In this document: piece by piece, positions 12,801 to 25,078 of the stretch
Layout of the letters: each line of letters opens with the position of its first letter
Numbering within the stretch: the stretch's first letter is position 1
Assembly: GCA_965637545.1 (NCBI GenBank)
Contig: OZ281497.1
Location: 18,538,001-18,602,000, forward strand
DNA length: 64,000 bases
Reading direction: 5' to 3'
Source: Phallusia mammillata
Lineage: Eukaryota
Notes under the pieces: model-generated
Seen by the model: only the letters and a program-made list of their open reading frames with translations
Database searches by the model: none
What the model was told of the DNA's origin: nothing
Position numbers and translations under genes: made by a program

Positions 12801-15800
12801 TTTTAACCATTATCACGACAAGTTGTGATGAAATTATTGTTGGGCAACAATTTAAAGCCTTGGGAAATATATAAAAATAACGCTACAAGGCGAAATCAAA
12901 AAGTAGATGTTCTTATTGTCACTAAAACAAGCGACCCAACAGAATGTTCAGGCGACCCAACTTTGGGTCGCGACCCATAGGTTGGGAAACACTGGACTAT
13001 AGTGTAATGGGCGTTACTTGGGGTTGGGGCGTATTTTTGCCTAAATTAACTTCAAAACAAAGGGTTTCAACGATGACACGTCTGACAGTATTGGTTTAAC
13101 ATACAAGGGTAACAAATACATAGCAGTTCATTATTTAAAAGCCTAAAAATCAATGTAAACATAAACAGAACGTTGTTAAAATGTGGAAATAAGTGTTGTT
13201 TTATAAGTTCTTGCGGCAAAACGATCTGGAATTATATGCAAATCTATCCCATCTGAAATTAGACCAAAAACACGTTTTCGTCCGAAAATTAAATTTGGGA
13301 TTTTGCTGCTGGTCACATTTTGTGGTCATTAACCGCAACAGTTGACGTCATTGTTTGGGCAAACCCGTCGTTATCTCATTACAAGTCTCAAAACGACGTT
13401 TCTGCGCTGTCAAATTTGCGTTTATGTTCACTTGCTTATCGCCAAATTTGAAAGCACGCGCGTTGGGGCTGTATATAATATATTAACTCTCAATATTCTA
13501 CGGATGAGGTTTTGTTGGTGACGGGTGATTTTCACACTGAACCGCCTTTTCCGCGGAATGGCGGTTTTTCCGTCGATTCCGAGAAATGGCTACATTGCTT
13601 CATTCAGGGATCACGGGTAACCCGATGCGCGTACGCAGGTTCACCTAAAGTGCAGATTGTTGAGGCACTGGTGCCCGAACTCGATTCAAGGACATAGCTC
13701 CCTTGCTTGTGCGCTCATTTCGCCCCCGGAAACTCAGGTGAAATGGTGATGCCACGCCTGAGGTCACACGCAGGTGAGGCGTATTTAACAATATCACCTT
13801 CGCATGAAAGATCTCGGCGGTGGCCGCAAGTTTTGTTTGACTAGCGCATACCTTCGCCGGATTAGGATTATCAAATCCTGGGCAAACATCGTTGCCCTTC
13901 CGACCCCCACCAAAACATTTAATGTCCTCGTGTTGCCCCACACAAGTCAGCGCATTATACGTTTTATTTACCCCCGTATCGTATTGGCTTGTGCTGTGCA
14001 CTTGTGCGATAAGGCGGTGCCCTTCTGGCGAACTTTGTTGCGAGAGTTGTATTCTAGCGGCGCCAATAGTGCACGTTGCTCAAACCTGAGCTATAGTTTA
14101 TTGTTGCCTTGCGCAACATCTGCAAGCAAATCACCGATCTTTGTACTGTTTGACGTTGTGTGAACTCCATAACCTCTGTCTTGTTTACTTTCGAGCCGGT
14201 GGCGGGAGTTTTTCGCCCGCCAGGGGACGCAGGTTCGTTTTCCGGCAGGTTTGACCAAAGAGGTTTTAATTGTCAAATAATAAGACAAAACCCGCGCAAG
14301 AATTTTAATCTGTCTACTGCCAAATCCGTCCAACAGCGAACCTTTATCACAAAGCCCAACATTCCTGTACAAGCGGGATTATTCCAGTTTCTTTGACCCC
14401 AGTGTTGTTGTTTATGCGGCTCACCTGCTCTGCGGAGTGCAAGGAGATTTGACCCGTGATGTAATTACGGGATGTGTTGCCGAAACCATGGTTGAAGTAT
14501 TCGCGGACGAAGAAAAATTACGGGCGTGTTTTGAATGCAGATTAGATCGTTGGAAACACAACATTGTGGGGTAAACGGGAGGTTCTCGTTCTGGGTTTTC
14601 GTGTTCATTATTTTAAAGCCCACACCAAACGTGACCGAGTTAAGGCGTGTCGACGAGCAGCGTGGTTTGTTTGAAAACAATTTTGGATCTTTAATCTACT
14701 TTCCTGTGAATTTGTGGTTCATGACCGATCGTGAACTTTGGGGTCATTGTAAGAATTACATAAAGGGTAAAAAGGGCAAAACTGTCAAAAATTCGAAGTA
14801 AAAAAATCTGAACCCCATTCGTGGAGTCATGACCCCTCCTCCTGGTTTGTCAGCAGCAGTCTCCTTTTGACCGACGAAAATATGTTTTCAGGTTTGCTGG
14901 CGATCAGTTGCAGGTGACCGCGCGTTAACCTCTCCGCTTTCTTCTCTAAAATCACCTTACACGTGCGCATCGTTTAATGATAAGGGCACTTATCTCTCTA
15001 TTGCTCTTATGCCTGAGCGTGCCGCAACAGCAGGTAACAAAACGCGGACTAACGGCGGGTTGTGGACATTTTATAACAATGAACGTTTTCAATGACGATT
15101 GATACGGGGTAATGGGGTCGCAGAGCGGTGAGCAGGTTGTGTTTTGCCGACATCCAGTCAACCAAATCGCCGCCAATTGGCTCCACACTTTCCGCAAGTG
15201 ACCGAAACGCTACGTCGGTACGGTTTTGCCGCAACCGACGAAGACGCAAAGCGGTTACAAACCCGGGGTGAAACTTTTACTATCAAGGGTCAGCGTAAGG
15301 GCGCCCTGGCCATGCACGGCGCCGAAACTTGCTCCAATGTAAGCTGCGTTGATGATGGATCCTCCTCCACGAAGATCGATCCAGATTAGAACCTGGCATT
15401 GCCCTGATGGCCCCGCCGTTCTGTTACTAAAAACTTACATGCCTACATAGACCAAGCGATGCTTCACCATCGATGGGAAGCAAAAGTTCACTTATGACGC
15501 AAGTGATGTGGCTATTAGTGACACAATGACCACACAAAAAACTATTTTTTTAATATTTTAGAGTGATTTCCCTTAACCTTAGATCAAAGGTTTCAATGTT
15601 GTTTATTTTCGTCTTTTGATTATTCGAAGGCTGTTTTATTTCATCCAGTGGTTATGTTTTGTTTGACAAATGACCGGAATTCATTGAACTAATTGCCGCG
15701 CCATGACCCCCCTGCGTTTATATTTACCTGATTTCATTTGCAACGGCACACGTGCGGTTTAGCAATTAAACCTCGACCTCGAGTTCTTGAAAGCCAACAT

Positions 15801-18800
15801 ACAAATTGCGAAATTGGCAAAAAGTGTTCGCGGGGCGAACTACAGCAAAAGATTGTCCTTAAGCCAAAAAAGTAATGTTTACGTTTGATTGTTCCGCTGG
15901 TGCTTTCCTTTTTTGGCAAGGGAAATTCTTTGCTCTTGATCCACTTGAATTTTGATTTTTGGATAATTAGCTTAACGGCTTTAAGATTTCGGGACAACTA
16001 TTTCTGTGCGTGGTTCGGTCATGTCTGTTGCGTCACATGGTGTTGTTTGATGATGTCCAGCAAGCGTTTGACCCTGTTTGGTCAACTGTCGCATGCAGCA
16101 TCGTCCGATACTATTTATGATGTGCCAACCTCTTAAAGCGTTGATGGCGCAGCTTGTTGTAGATGAATTTATAAACCAACAGATGTTCCATTGCAATAGG
16201 TCTCTTTTCCTTCACCTTTCTTGATCTATTTTTTCATTACCGAAAATAAACGCTGTTTGGATGTTGGTAAAGGGATTTTATTTGTGTCCTGGAAAATCCT
16301 TTCTATTCCCTTTCTATCCCCACTGATCCATGCCAAAGTTCGTCCAAAGGTGAACTAAAATTGGTGATAAAAGATAGCAAACAATAACGTTACAAATCGA
16401 GCGAAACAAAGGCCACTAACGAGCGGATTATTAGAGAAGGGAAAAAAGCGCGAGACACGTGCACCGACACTTGCCTAATACCAGCGTCAGACTTTATTTC
16501 TCTTTTTCTTGTCGCTATAAAAGAAGGTCGGCGAATCTGCAGTGTTATTAATTGCCTGCTAGCTGTTACTGACTTTCAAATCGACGAACCAGTTACAAAC
16601 TCAAATCAAGAGGTGTGAAATTCGCACAGTGAAAAGAATATTTTATCAGTGCGGTCAAAAAATTCTCTCGGTCTCACGTTCACAGCCGTAAAAGTTCCCA
16701 CACGAGAGAGGATTGCATCAAGGCGAGGTGACGACTCTAGCTTACAAAGAAAAGAGGAAGAAAAAGGAAGGTTCTTGGCTTGGCCGCTTAGCAGTGGTTA
16801 TATAAAGGCTGATCTGTGGCATTCACCGAAGTAATCTTAACTCACACCAATGTCGCTACCAGTGGACCTGGATATCCACGCTACTTCGCTGCGAGGGTAC
16901 ACATATTTCAGGGTACCGTCAAAGCTTTTGAACGTGATGAACGACAACGAGAAAGAAGAAACACCATCTGTGTGGTCTGGGCTTCCGCATGCCGGGGTAC
17001 GAACGCAGCAATTTTCTCAATGTCGCTTCTATCGCGTTTCCCACTGCCGCATGTTCGGCATGGATGTTAATCGTATTTGAACTCGGCGCGTGTGTGCGTT
17101 CTGGTTTTGCAAAGTGTAAGATTAGCGTCAGGACTTTGACTTCGGCCACTTGATTTTTGTTTGTGAACAAGCAGCGGATATAATTCGACATATCTTAAAG
17201 CTGCAAACCTGGCAACTTTTGTGCTAGAGCGCAGGCACATATGTTTTACCGTTGCAAGATATATGGCGAACTATTTTTTGAGGAAAGCATGATATTTTAT
17301 TTTTTTCTGTTAGTAATGATAGTTTATTAGAGTGCGCGCACCCAACATTTGCATCCGAGATTAGGGATGAACAATCTGAAAACGCGATAATTACTTACTA
17401 TCAAATACTAATATTGTGTGTCTTTTTGCAGGAACAAAACGAGACCGACAATTGGGAGAGAGTTATGGTTTCGATAAACGGAGTTGCTGACAGTTCGGTG
17501 ATAATTTCTGGTCGGGCTGGGGAAGCTGTGGGAAAGACAAGTTATCTACACGCTGTGATTTCTCCACACAACTCTACACCTCTGGATGCGTCTGCAAGAG
17601 GACCAGCCGATGTAGTTGAGGAAACAACCATGTCCAGTGAACCAGGTCTACCCTCTTTGTTGCTGACTGCGATGTGTTGGGCTGTGGTCTATTTCGCAAC
17701 TTTGGTCGTTTTCTGGAAACTTCTGTGCGTGCTGTGGCACAAATGGAACTTGCGCTGCACCAGCGATCCTGCATCAGGACTCTCCCATCTTCCCTTACCA
17801 CCAGGAGACTTTGGTCTTCCCTTCGTTGGAGAAACTCTCTTGTGGTTGGCGCAGGTGAGTCCTTGAGATTTTTTGTTTCCGCCTGTTTTATCGATACGCG
17901 AATGGGGCCAATGACGTGCGTAGTTGGAATCTTAAGGACCCTTAACATTGTCTTTTGGAGCTCAAAATTGGTGTTCTGCTTTGTACAAAAGCTGCTGTTT
18001 GCAGGTCGAGAGGCAACGACGCGCGCCCAAGTGTACACTATCACCTCGCGTGACGTCATTGCCCTCGAGCGGCTGTCAGTCTTGCGCCTCTTTAACCTGT
18101 AGTAACCTGTGTGTTGGTCCGGTGTGTTTTGTAATGTTTATGTGTGTTTTAAAAACGGTCGCCATTTTGTCGGTCAGGGGTCACATACCGAGCAATTTTA
18201 CTCGAGGCACGAAAATTTCGCGCGTGAGAGCGGCTACTTGTTAATTGGCGGGGCGATGAATAGCCACGCGGTCGTGGGCGATGGTTAACTCTCGGCCCCG
18301 TCAAGGCAAAATGCCTCAAGAATTTCCGCCAAAATGTTTTTCACGTCCTAAACATTGTTGCTTTGTCATTTGTGTTACAACGGATGATTGCTCTGACTTG
18401 CATACGAGTTAATTTTAATTAACGCACACAATTCTGAAATTCGATACATATGTAATTTATATAACCAGGAGAATGCGCCTGAAGTTTAAACGTGACTGTG
18501 ATTTAGTCCAGCCAACAGTAATTAGCGCTGAATCGTAACACGAAAAAAAACGACTCTTCAACCTGTGGCCGTTTTAAAACGCAACAACAAACAGTTTTAA
18601 CTCGTAATTATTTGTTCTTTGTTACAACCATCGTTTCATGCCTATGACCCAACGTGTCATTGACTCTTTGGTATATAAGCTAGCGGAATGAAAGAGCGCT
18701 CGTTTAACGGCATTTTGAACCGCTACCTTTGCCCGGCACCTGGTCGACCCCCGCCTGACCCCGTGGTTCTTATTGACACAGCGCGGAAATGGAATGAGAT

Positions 18801-21800
18801 TATTGTACATGATGTTTCCGTTTCATTGTGCACCGTCGCCGCGCGCCAATGCGGGTGAATGATATTTGCTGGGTCACTTAAAGTTCGAGGATGAGGGTTT
18901 CCAAGCGCATGCTAAGATATGTATATTCACACTTCCTTGACATACTGCACTATTCAACAAGCACAGTGGTTTAAATAATCGAACAGGCGTGGCTTCCGTT
19001 GTGGACACCACAAGAACGCAATCACAGATCGCTTATATTGTCAATCATTTAACGTTGCATGTTTGCCGTAACGATGGGAATAATTTTGCGGTATGCGTTA
19101 ATCGAACGCATTGTACATTGAAATATTTTAGGCCCCGGCTAGGCAATAAGAACCATGTGATTGTTGAACCGCAAAACGTTGCGGCGCAGTATTTCACATT
19201 GAAACGTGGGAACAATTAACAAAAGAGGTTTCCGTAAAGCGACAAATGGTACTATTCACACGATCCAGCATTAAATTATCAATCTAAAAGCATGAACTTT
19301 CCAACATACTTTGAGTCGCGAATCAGTCATCTCTTGTTGACCCGGCCGCATGTTCTTTCAAGTGTTTGTTGTTGTTTTTCTTTTTCTGACCAGCAGTGTT
19401 TGTGATTATACCTGCCTGACCTCACGTGCACGGGTCAACTCTGTGCGACCCCGAGCCGGCGACGCGCGGTCATTTTTTGCGCCTTTACGATCCCATTCAA
19501 CAACATTACGATCGCTGATTGGATTAGACCGCCTTTGTCTTATCTCGATCCTTGCGGCTGGATCGCTATGTGTCACCATTCGGTCGTACAATGGAGCTTC
19601 GAGCTTCAATAATGCAGCGGGTTCGAACGTCGGCCGGTTGTTATAGGCTGGCGGGCGACTGCACTTAACGAGCTCTTTAACTGCTCGCCTGTCCGGGTCG
19701 GCAAAGGCAAAGCCAAGGATCCCCCTTGATGTAGCACCCGTGTCCCTTGCGGTGACCCTCGTTAAACTTACACGCTGTATTGTTGCGGACGATCACTCGT
19801 CAGTTCAACACATTTTGCAGAAGGTCGTTGTCACAATTCGCTTAACTTTGTGATGGTATAAAGTAAACTAGCACCATCCTGTGACTTACCGATCACAATA
19901 TATGGCCAAATAATGGTGTCTACATATTAGCGGAATAATAACAAACGTAACACGATGCTGTTGTTTGTTTGCGTAGGGTGGCAAGTTCAACTCAATAAGA
20001 CGTCAGAAATACGGCAACGTGTTCAAGACCAACGTCATCGGCGTTCCTATGGTTCGCGTCACCGGGCATGAGCTTGTAAAACAGGTAAATGTTCGTCGGT
20101 AAACATCACTCTACTTTTTCTACTGAAGTTGTTCACCAATACTATTAATTTGATCGTAACATGTAACCAATATTAATGTTAATTTCAGATTCTCAGCAGC
20201 GAACATGACAAGGTGACGACGATTTGGCCAACTGCGGTCCGAAACATTATCGGTGAAAATGCACTTTCCAACTCCACTGGAGCAGATCATTCCCACAAAC
20301 GCAAACTAACTCAAAAAGTGTTTACCCGTTCCGCGCTAAACAGCTACATCCCAATGGTCAGAGAAAAATGCGTCCAATTGGTAAGTCTATGAACATTCTG
20401 AAAAAATGAATAGATGTAGTAAATGTGGCCACGATCGTGTATAAAGTCGCATCTACTTCTCTGCTTACAACTTCGAAATACCCTATTCGGCATTGTGAAG
20501 CGAATCGCGCTTGAGGCTCGTTGAAATAACCACTGTAGCTCTTTAAAGCGCCGGAAACGTTCATTGAATGTGGAAAAAACCTTTCGTCTTGTCGCTACCG
20601 CAAGTTTTAACTCCTGTAAGTAGCGATACAGGCCTCAATCGTCATTCCATAAGTGGATGTCTTTCAAACTACACCAACGCTTTGTTTCTCCACATTTCGT
20701 TTGAGAGGCTACGATTGAACTTTAATTGTAATTGGGTGAATGGTTTGGCCGATGCATGAGCTGCCTGAGGTAATGCCGAGAAGCTCTTTTTTCACAGAAA
20801 AGCTCTAGCGTTTCTGTGAAATTCGGGATAATCTTAAGTTTGGCGGTAGGTGTGATAAGTTGCGGGAACAGCGACACCTTTACGTGCTTATAATTTTCAA
20901 TGCGGTATCGTAAAGTAGACATGGGTTATGCTCGCTCGTGGGTGCATTCGAGTGCTTTTCGCGAGAACGCGGTTCTCTCACATGGTTAGCTTTCAAATTT
21001 GCACGATTTGTTGTTTACGACCAAACCCGACGCATCCAGCACTAATGATAATAATAGTTCGATTTGGTATGGTTTTCCCGAGCAATTCTATGTGCACGAA
21101 ATTACATTACAAAGAAATGTCTTCTACTGCGTCATCAGTTTTATTTCGCCAAAACGTTTCTTCGTTAAACTCCAGTAACCTGCACGCGCATTAGCCCCAG
21201 TTCTATTTATAGGCCAATTTGGTAACAGTAAATTTATTTGCCTATAACGTCGATGCATGTTTCGAGTTGTATACAACGCCTCGGGAAAGTTCCTTTAAAA
21301 GGCTTTAAAACAAGTTTTGATTATCTGATCAATTTTAAGCTGTTTCCATGGAAGTAATTGATGCAACTAGATCAGTTTCTATAACGTCCAATTTTCATTT
21401 ACAAGTATCGAAACTATTTGGGTATTTTTTGCAGCTTAAGGAATTGGGACAAGTCGACGAGCCGACAATTTTTTCCAGCATGCAGCGCCTTACCGTTTCA
21501 ACCATGTGCACCTTAAGCGGTGTTAACGTTAAATCCAGCGAAGAGTTTGATGAGTTGTACACCACGTTTAGAGACCTTGCCGACAACGTAATGTGCATTC
21601 CGCTCAATATCCCGTTCTTCGCCTACAACAAGGTAAGCCGGGTCCAAAGTGCTGTTTACATGTTTCCTCGAAAAGACTAGCCAAGTTCAGCAGATTATCT
21701 ACTGTTTATACGGTGGCTCAATGCACCACAACAAGCGCAAATCCGTTCTCCACGAACTGGCTACAAAGGCTTTTGGTCATATTTGAGCGGAAAAACGCAA

Positions 21801-24566
21801 TCATGAATTAAATTTGTTAATCCGGGCATATTATTGTTATTTTCAGGCCTTCAACAGCGCGACGTTGGCGTGCACGTTTGCTTATGATGTTTGCATTATT
21901 ATTAATATTTTCTTTGTTTTAACAGGCCTTGCAAGCAAGAAAAAAGATGCTAAAACTGCTGCACACCCACGTTCAAGAAAAAAGACAGTCTCTTATGAAA
22001 ATGTCCCAGACGGGCAACGGCCCTTCGACGGACGAGCTTGACGCCTTTAGTATCATGCAGTTGGAAAATTTAAAGTATCAAGAAAGGTATAAAATCCTAA
22101 AGTTTGCGTTGACTAAGTTTCCTATTTGAGTGTAATGTATTGTTAATGCAGTTGAATCGATTATCAAGTCAAATTGTAAACAAAAACAGAATTCATTATA
22201 CAACATAAATACAATTTTTTGAAGAGACTTTCGTTTTTACCTAAAATGTAATTTTTTTGACAGATGTCAAGCCAGAGCCAACATTAACAACAACAATGTT
22301 GATGTAAAAGAATCATTACCGAAGAACGGCGAAAACGACGCACCAAACACCCCTATGAGCGACATCGCAATGAAGGAAACCATCCTGGAACTGTTTTTTG
22401 CTGGTTATTCTACCACTGCTAGCGTGATTACATCCACTATGTTGGAGCTATCCCGTCACCCCGAGATATTCAGAAACCTTGAAGACGAACTTCTGAGGTT
22501 CGGTCACATGCGAGAAAGCAGCTCCAAAGATGAGGAGCCATTTGAGGAACTGGATCTTGCTAAGTTGCACGAGATGCCATATTTGGATCAGGTTGTCAAG
22601 GAAACATTAAGGTGTCATCCAGCCATTCTTGGTGCTTTCAGGCGCGCAAGAAAAACCTTTCAGCTCGGGGTAGGTTATTGTTAATTTGTAACGACGGTTT
22701 TTGTCATTTAAGTTTTGGGTAATTTAGGATTTATAAATATTATCCTCAAGCCACAATGAAATAGTTTTAAAAAAAAACAACCGTTAACACAAAACAATGA
22801 TTTTTCCCAAACGGTTATTTCTCCCCACTTCGTTGTTGCATGCGCAATAAGCTCTCTCGCATTTTGGCACAAGTTCATGTAGTTTGAGCGCCCGTGGCGG
22901 GATCAGATACCTACTAAGTTTCCGCGAACAAAGCGTGATGCTATGCAACACCGGTGTGGCAAAATTATCCGCTTTAAAATGCAAATCGGAGACAGGTAGC
23001 GCTAACACGTCGCATTATTAACTGCTTTGTGGTCGGCATGTGGCACGTCGTTCTACGCAAATTCGCTGTCGCTGGCAGCGTCCACGTCTTTTCGTGACCA
23101 GCTTAATAACTTTACCGGGCGTGTTAGCCTTATGCAGAACTTCAGTAGCCGGCCCCGTTCGAACTTGATACCTCGGCCAACTGTCGCATGTAAAAAAAAG
23201 TAACCCCGACTTGACACTTGTTTTGTGGCGTCAAGGCGTTCGCTTTTGCAGGGGTCAAGCACCCAAGAGCTATGTGGGTGCGTTGTTGACACTGATCCCA
23301 TTGCCGCGAATAGTACGACACCCTATTGAGAAGCCGCAACGATAACACTGGCCTTGTGTTAAACAGAAGTTTTGGCAATGTCGACCACCGCCTCACCTTT
23401 TCACCTCTTCCCATTGCTTGTCGAAAGGTCTTGTAACCGCACTAGCTTACATGGTAAAGCTATACAGAAGCGCCGTTCTTAAGAGATTGCGCAGTTCGCA
23501 TTGGTAATGAACTAATAACTCTCCCGGCAAGCATACTGATAAATATCTTGACATGGTAATATATGGCTCTTGAAGCGATCGCCGGTGCTCAATGAACAAT
23601 GATAGAGACCGACGCGAGGCTGTAATTACAAATTGCGTTTCGTTGAAAGTAGTGGAGGCGCGTTCCGGGCCGAATGCCTAAGGTTGTGTTTGTGCCAAAT
23701 AAGTCAGTGGAAGCAAACGCTGTACAGCGATTCAAACCGCAGTCCACGCGCAAGCGTGCGCTCAGCTTCTTCAAAAATCTCTGCGGGCAAGACACCGAGC
23801 CACCGAAGCATCTCAAACAAAATACCCTGCATAGCTTTGAAGTTAAACGCCACTTGCGTATATCGTCCAAAATAATTGCATGCCCATGTTTCCTGCTGTG
23901 TCAGCCAACCTAACCGGGTCCCTTTACTGTTGCAGGATTACCGCGTACCCAAAGGCTGGACGATGGTCTACAATATCCGGGACACCCACGATTACGAAAG
24001 CGGTGGCCTGAACGAGTTTAACCCCGATCGATTTGCAAAGAAAACGGACAACAGGGAAAATAAGTTCAAGTGAGTTCCCTTTCGCTTGTAAAAATAACAA
24101 GGAAGGGAAATTTCCCAATCGGTATTTCATAAACCCGATTGCCCCCTTCGTGCTTACGTCATTAACACAAACACTGGGGTGATTTTTTTCTTAACGGACC
24201 TTGGGTTTCAGGTACTCGACAAACACAACTTTTTTGTTGAGTTTGTTTTCCAAGACCCGTAGATAATTTGTTTTCTAATGCATTAAAATTAAGATATACA
24301 ATCAACAAGATCCTTTGTTGCAATATACTTCAACTCATATTTTTCTTTTCAGATATATTCCGTTTGGGTGCGGACCGCGCAATTGTCCGGGCCAGGAGTT
24401 TGCTCGCATGGTGATCAAGCTCGTGGTGGTCGAAATGATCCGCCGTTTCAAGGGTTGGGAACTCACAGGCCAAAATCCTCCAGTCATGCGGGCGATCCCG
24501 ACCTTGAGGCCGGCCGACGGAATGCCAGTGAAACTCTTTCCCAGAAAACGAGCCGGTTTCGTGTAA
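3838..24566 (+). CDS. CYP26: Cytochrome P450 family 26 (retinoic acid hydroxylase-like). Coding exons: 3838-3897 (putative), 17432-17854, 19977-20084, 20189-20380, 21435-21632, 21926-22086, 22264-22669, 23936-24069, 24353-24566
   Basis: All junctions are GT-AG and in frame. TM anchor followed by LPLPPGDFGLPFVGETL; KYGNVFKT; I-helix ELFFAGYSTTAS (CYP26B-like); K-helix KETLR; VPKGW; FNPDRF; heme motif FGCGPRNCPG. The first coding exon is less certain, with alternative ATGs at 17465 and 17630. Confidence 0.9.
6538..6554 (-). promoter_or_regulatory. Perfect DR5 RARE (GGGTCA-tcaaa-AGTTCA on the minus strand)
   Basis: Plus strand reads TGAACT-tttga-TGACCC, an exact consensus match. Confidence 0.75.
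8280..8296 (-). promoter_or_regulatory. DR5 RARE-like element (AGTTCA-cctgg-AGGACA)
   Basis: Plus strand reads TGTCCT-ccagg-TGAACT; one mismatch to consensus. Confidence 0.55.
11393..11409 (+). promoter_or_regulatory. DR5 RARE-like element AGGTCA-ggcga-TGGTCA
   Basis: One mismatch to consensus; nearby DR2 AGTTGA-ag-AGGTCA at 11035-11048. Confidence 0.5.
12403..12416 (+). promoter_or_regulatory. Perfect DR2 RARE AGTTCA-ca-AGGTCA
   Basis: Exact RGKTCA-n2-RGKTCA. Confidence 0.7.
12508..12994. mobile_element. hAT-superfamily MITE
   Basis: TIRs cagtggttccaacc / ggttgggaaacactg; perfect 8-bp TSD gactatag (12500-12507 and 12995-13002); gggtcgcgaccc subterminal motif. Confidence 0.9.
13638..13777 (+). 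promoter_or_regulatory. Pair of DR5 RARE-like elements: GGTTCA-cctaa-AGTGCA (13638-13654) and AGGTCA-cacgc-AGGTGA (13761-13777)
   Basis: Each has one mismatch to consensus; about 120 bp apart in CpG-rich intronic DNA. Confidence 0.55.
16337..16812 (+). promoter_or_regulatory. Probable proximal (alternative) CYP26 promoter: DR5-like AGTTCG-tccaa-AGGTGA (16337-16353), TATAAAA (16516) and TATAAAGGCTGA (16801)
   Basis: Same RARE-then-TATA order as the distal promoter, 0.6-1.1 kb upstream of the 17432 acceptor. The 12-mer at 16801 is identical to 3229-3240. Confidence 0.5.
18745..18887. promoter_or_regulatory. Intronic DR5 pair: CGACCC-ccgcc-TGACCC (18745-18761, minus strand) and GGGTCA-cttaa-AGTTCG (18871-18887, plus strand)
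   Basis: Each has one mismatch (TCG for TCA); both lie in the intron after exon 17432-17854. Confidence 0.55.
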
Positions 24567-25068
24567 TTACATGTTCCACAATATTCCCCTTTCTCTTCAT
24601 CTTGATAAGGCGACATAGCACCATGCGCTAACAGACGTCCAGTTATGAGTAGTCAAGTCAGAGATATCGGTGACTAGCATTTCGTCACGTAAATTCGAAA
24701 CCAAAAGTGATCATAATCATTGCATTTCTGTATTTTTTCCGTTTACCACTCGGCTTTCCGATTATATACGTCAACCTTTCGCGTTCCATCCGCCCGATCT
24801 TACCCCAAACGCTGCTTTTCGTTTGGGTGAGATTACCTATCTTAGCCAGATTTTTTTTTAAATTGAAGTGGATATGTTGTCAGCTAACTCATCAAACAAT
24901 GTACCAAGAAGAGATGTTGCCGTTTTATTCCTTTTTTCGATAATGAAATGCATTTTTGTCCGTTCTTGCCGAAACAGCTCTGTATTTTTCCTATCGCAGT
25001 TTCGAAAAGGTGTGCCGTTGTTCCGTTTGTTTGTTTGTTTTTGTCTTTCCTTTGTGCTTTGTACAGAT

Positions 25069-25078
25069 AATAAATAAA
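25069..25078 (+). terminator. Overlapping polyadenylation signals of CYP26 gene 1
   Basis: aataaataaa about 500 nt after the stop codon. Confidence 0.45.

Noticed and set aside
5000-17200. Many 60-145 aa ORFs on both strands
   Set aside because: No recognisable motifs or consistent splice chain; expected by chance in GC-rich intronic regulatory DNA.
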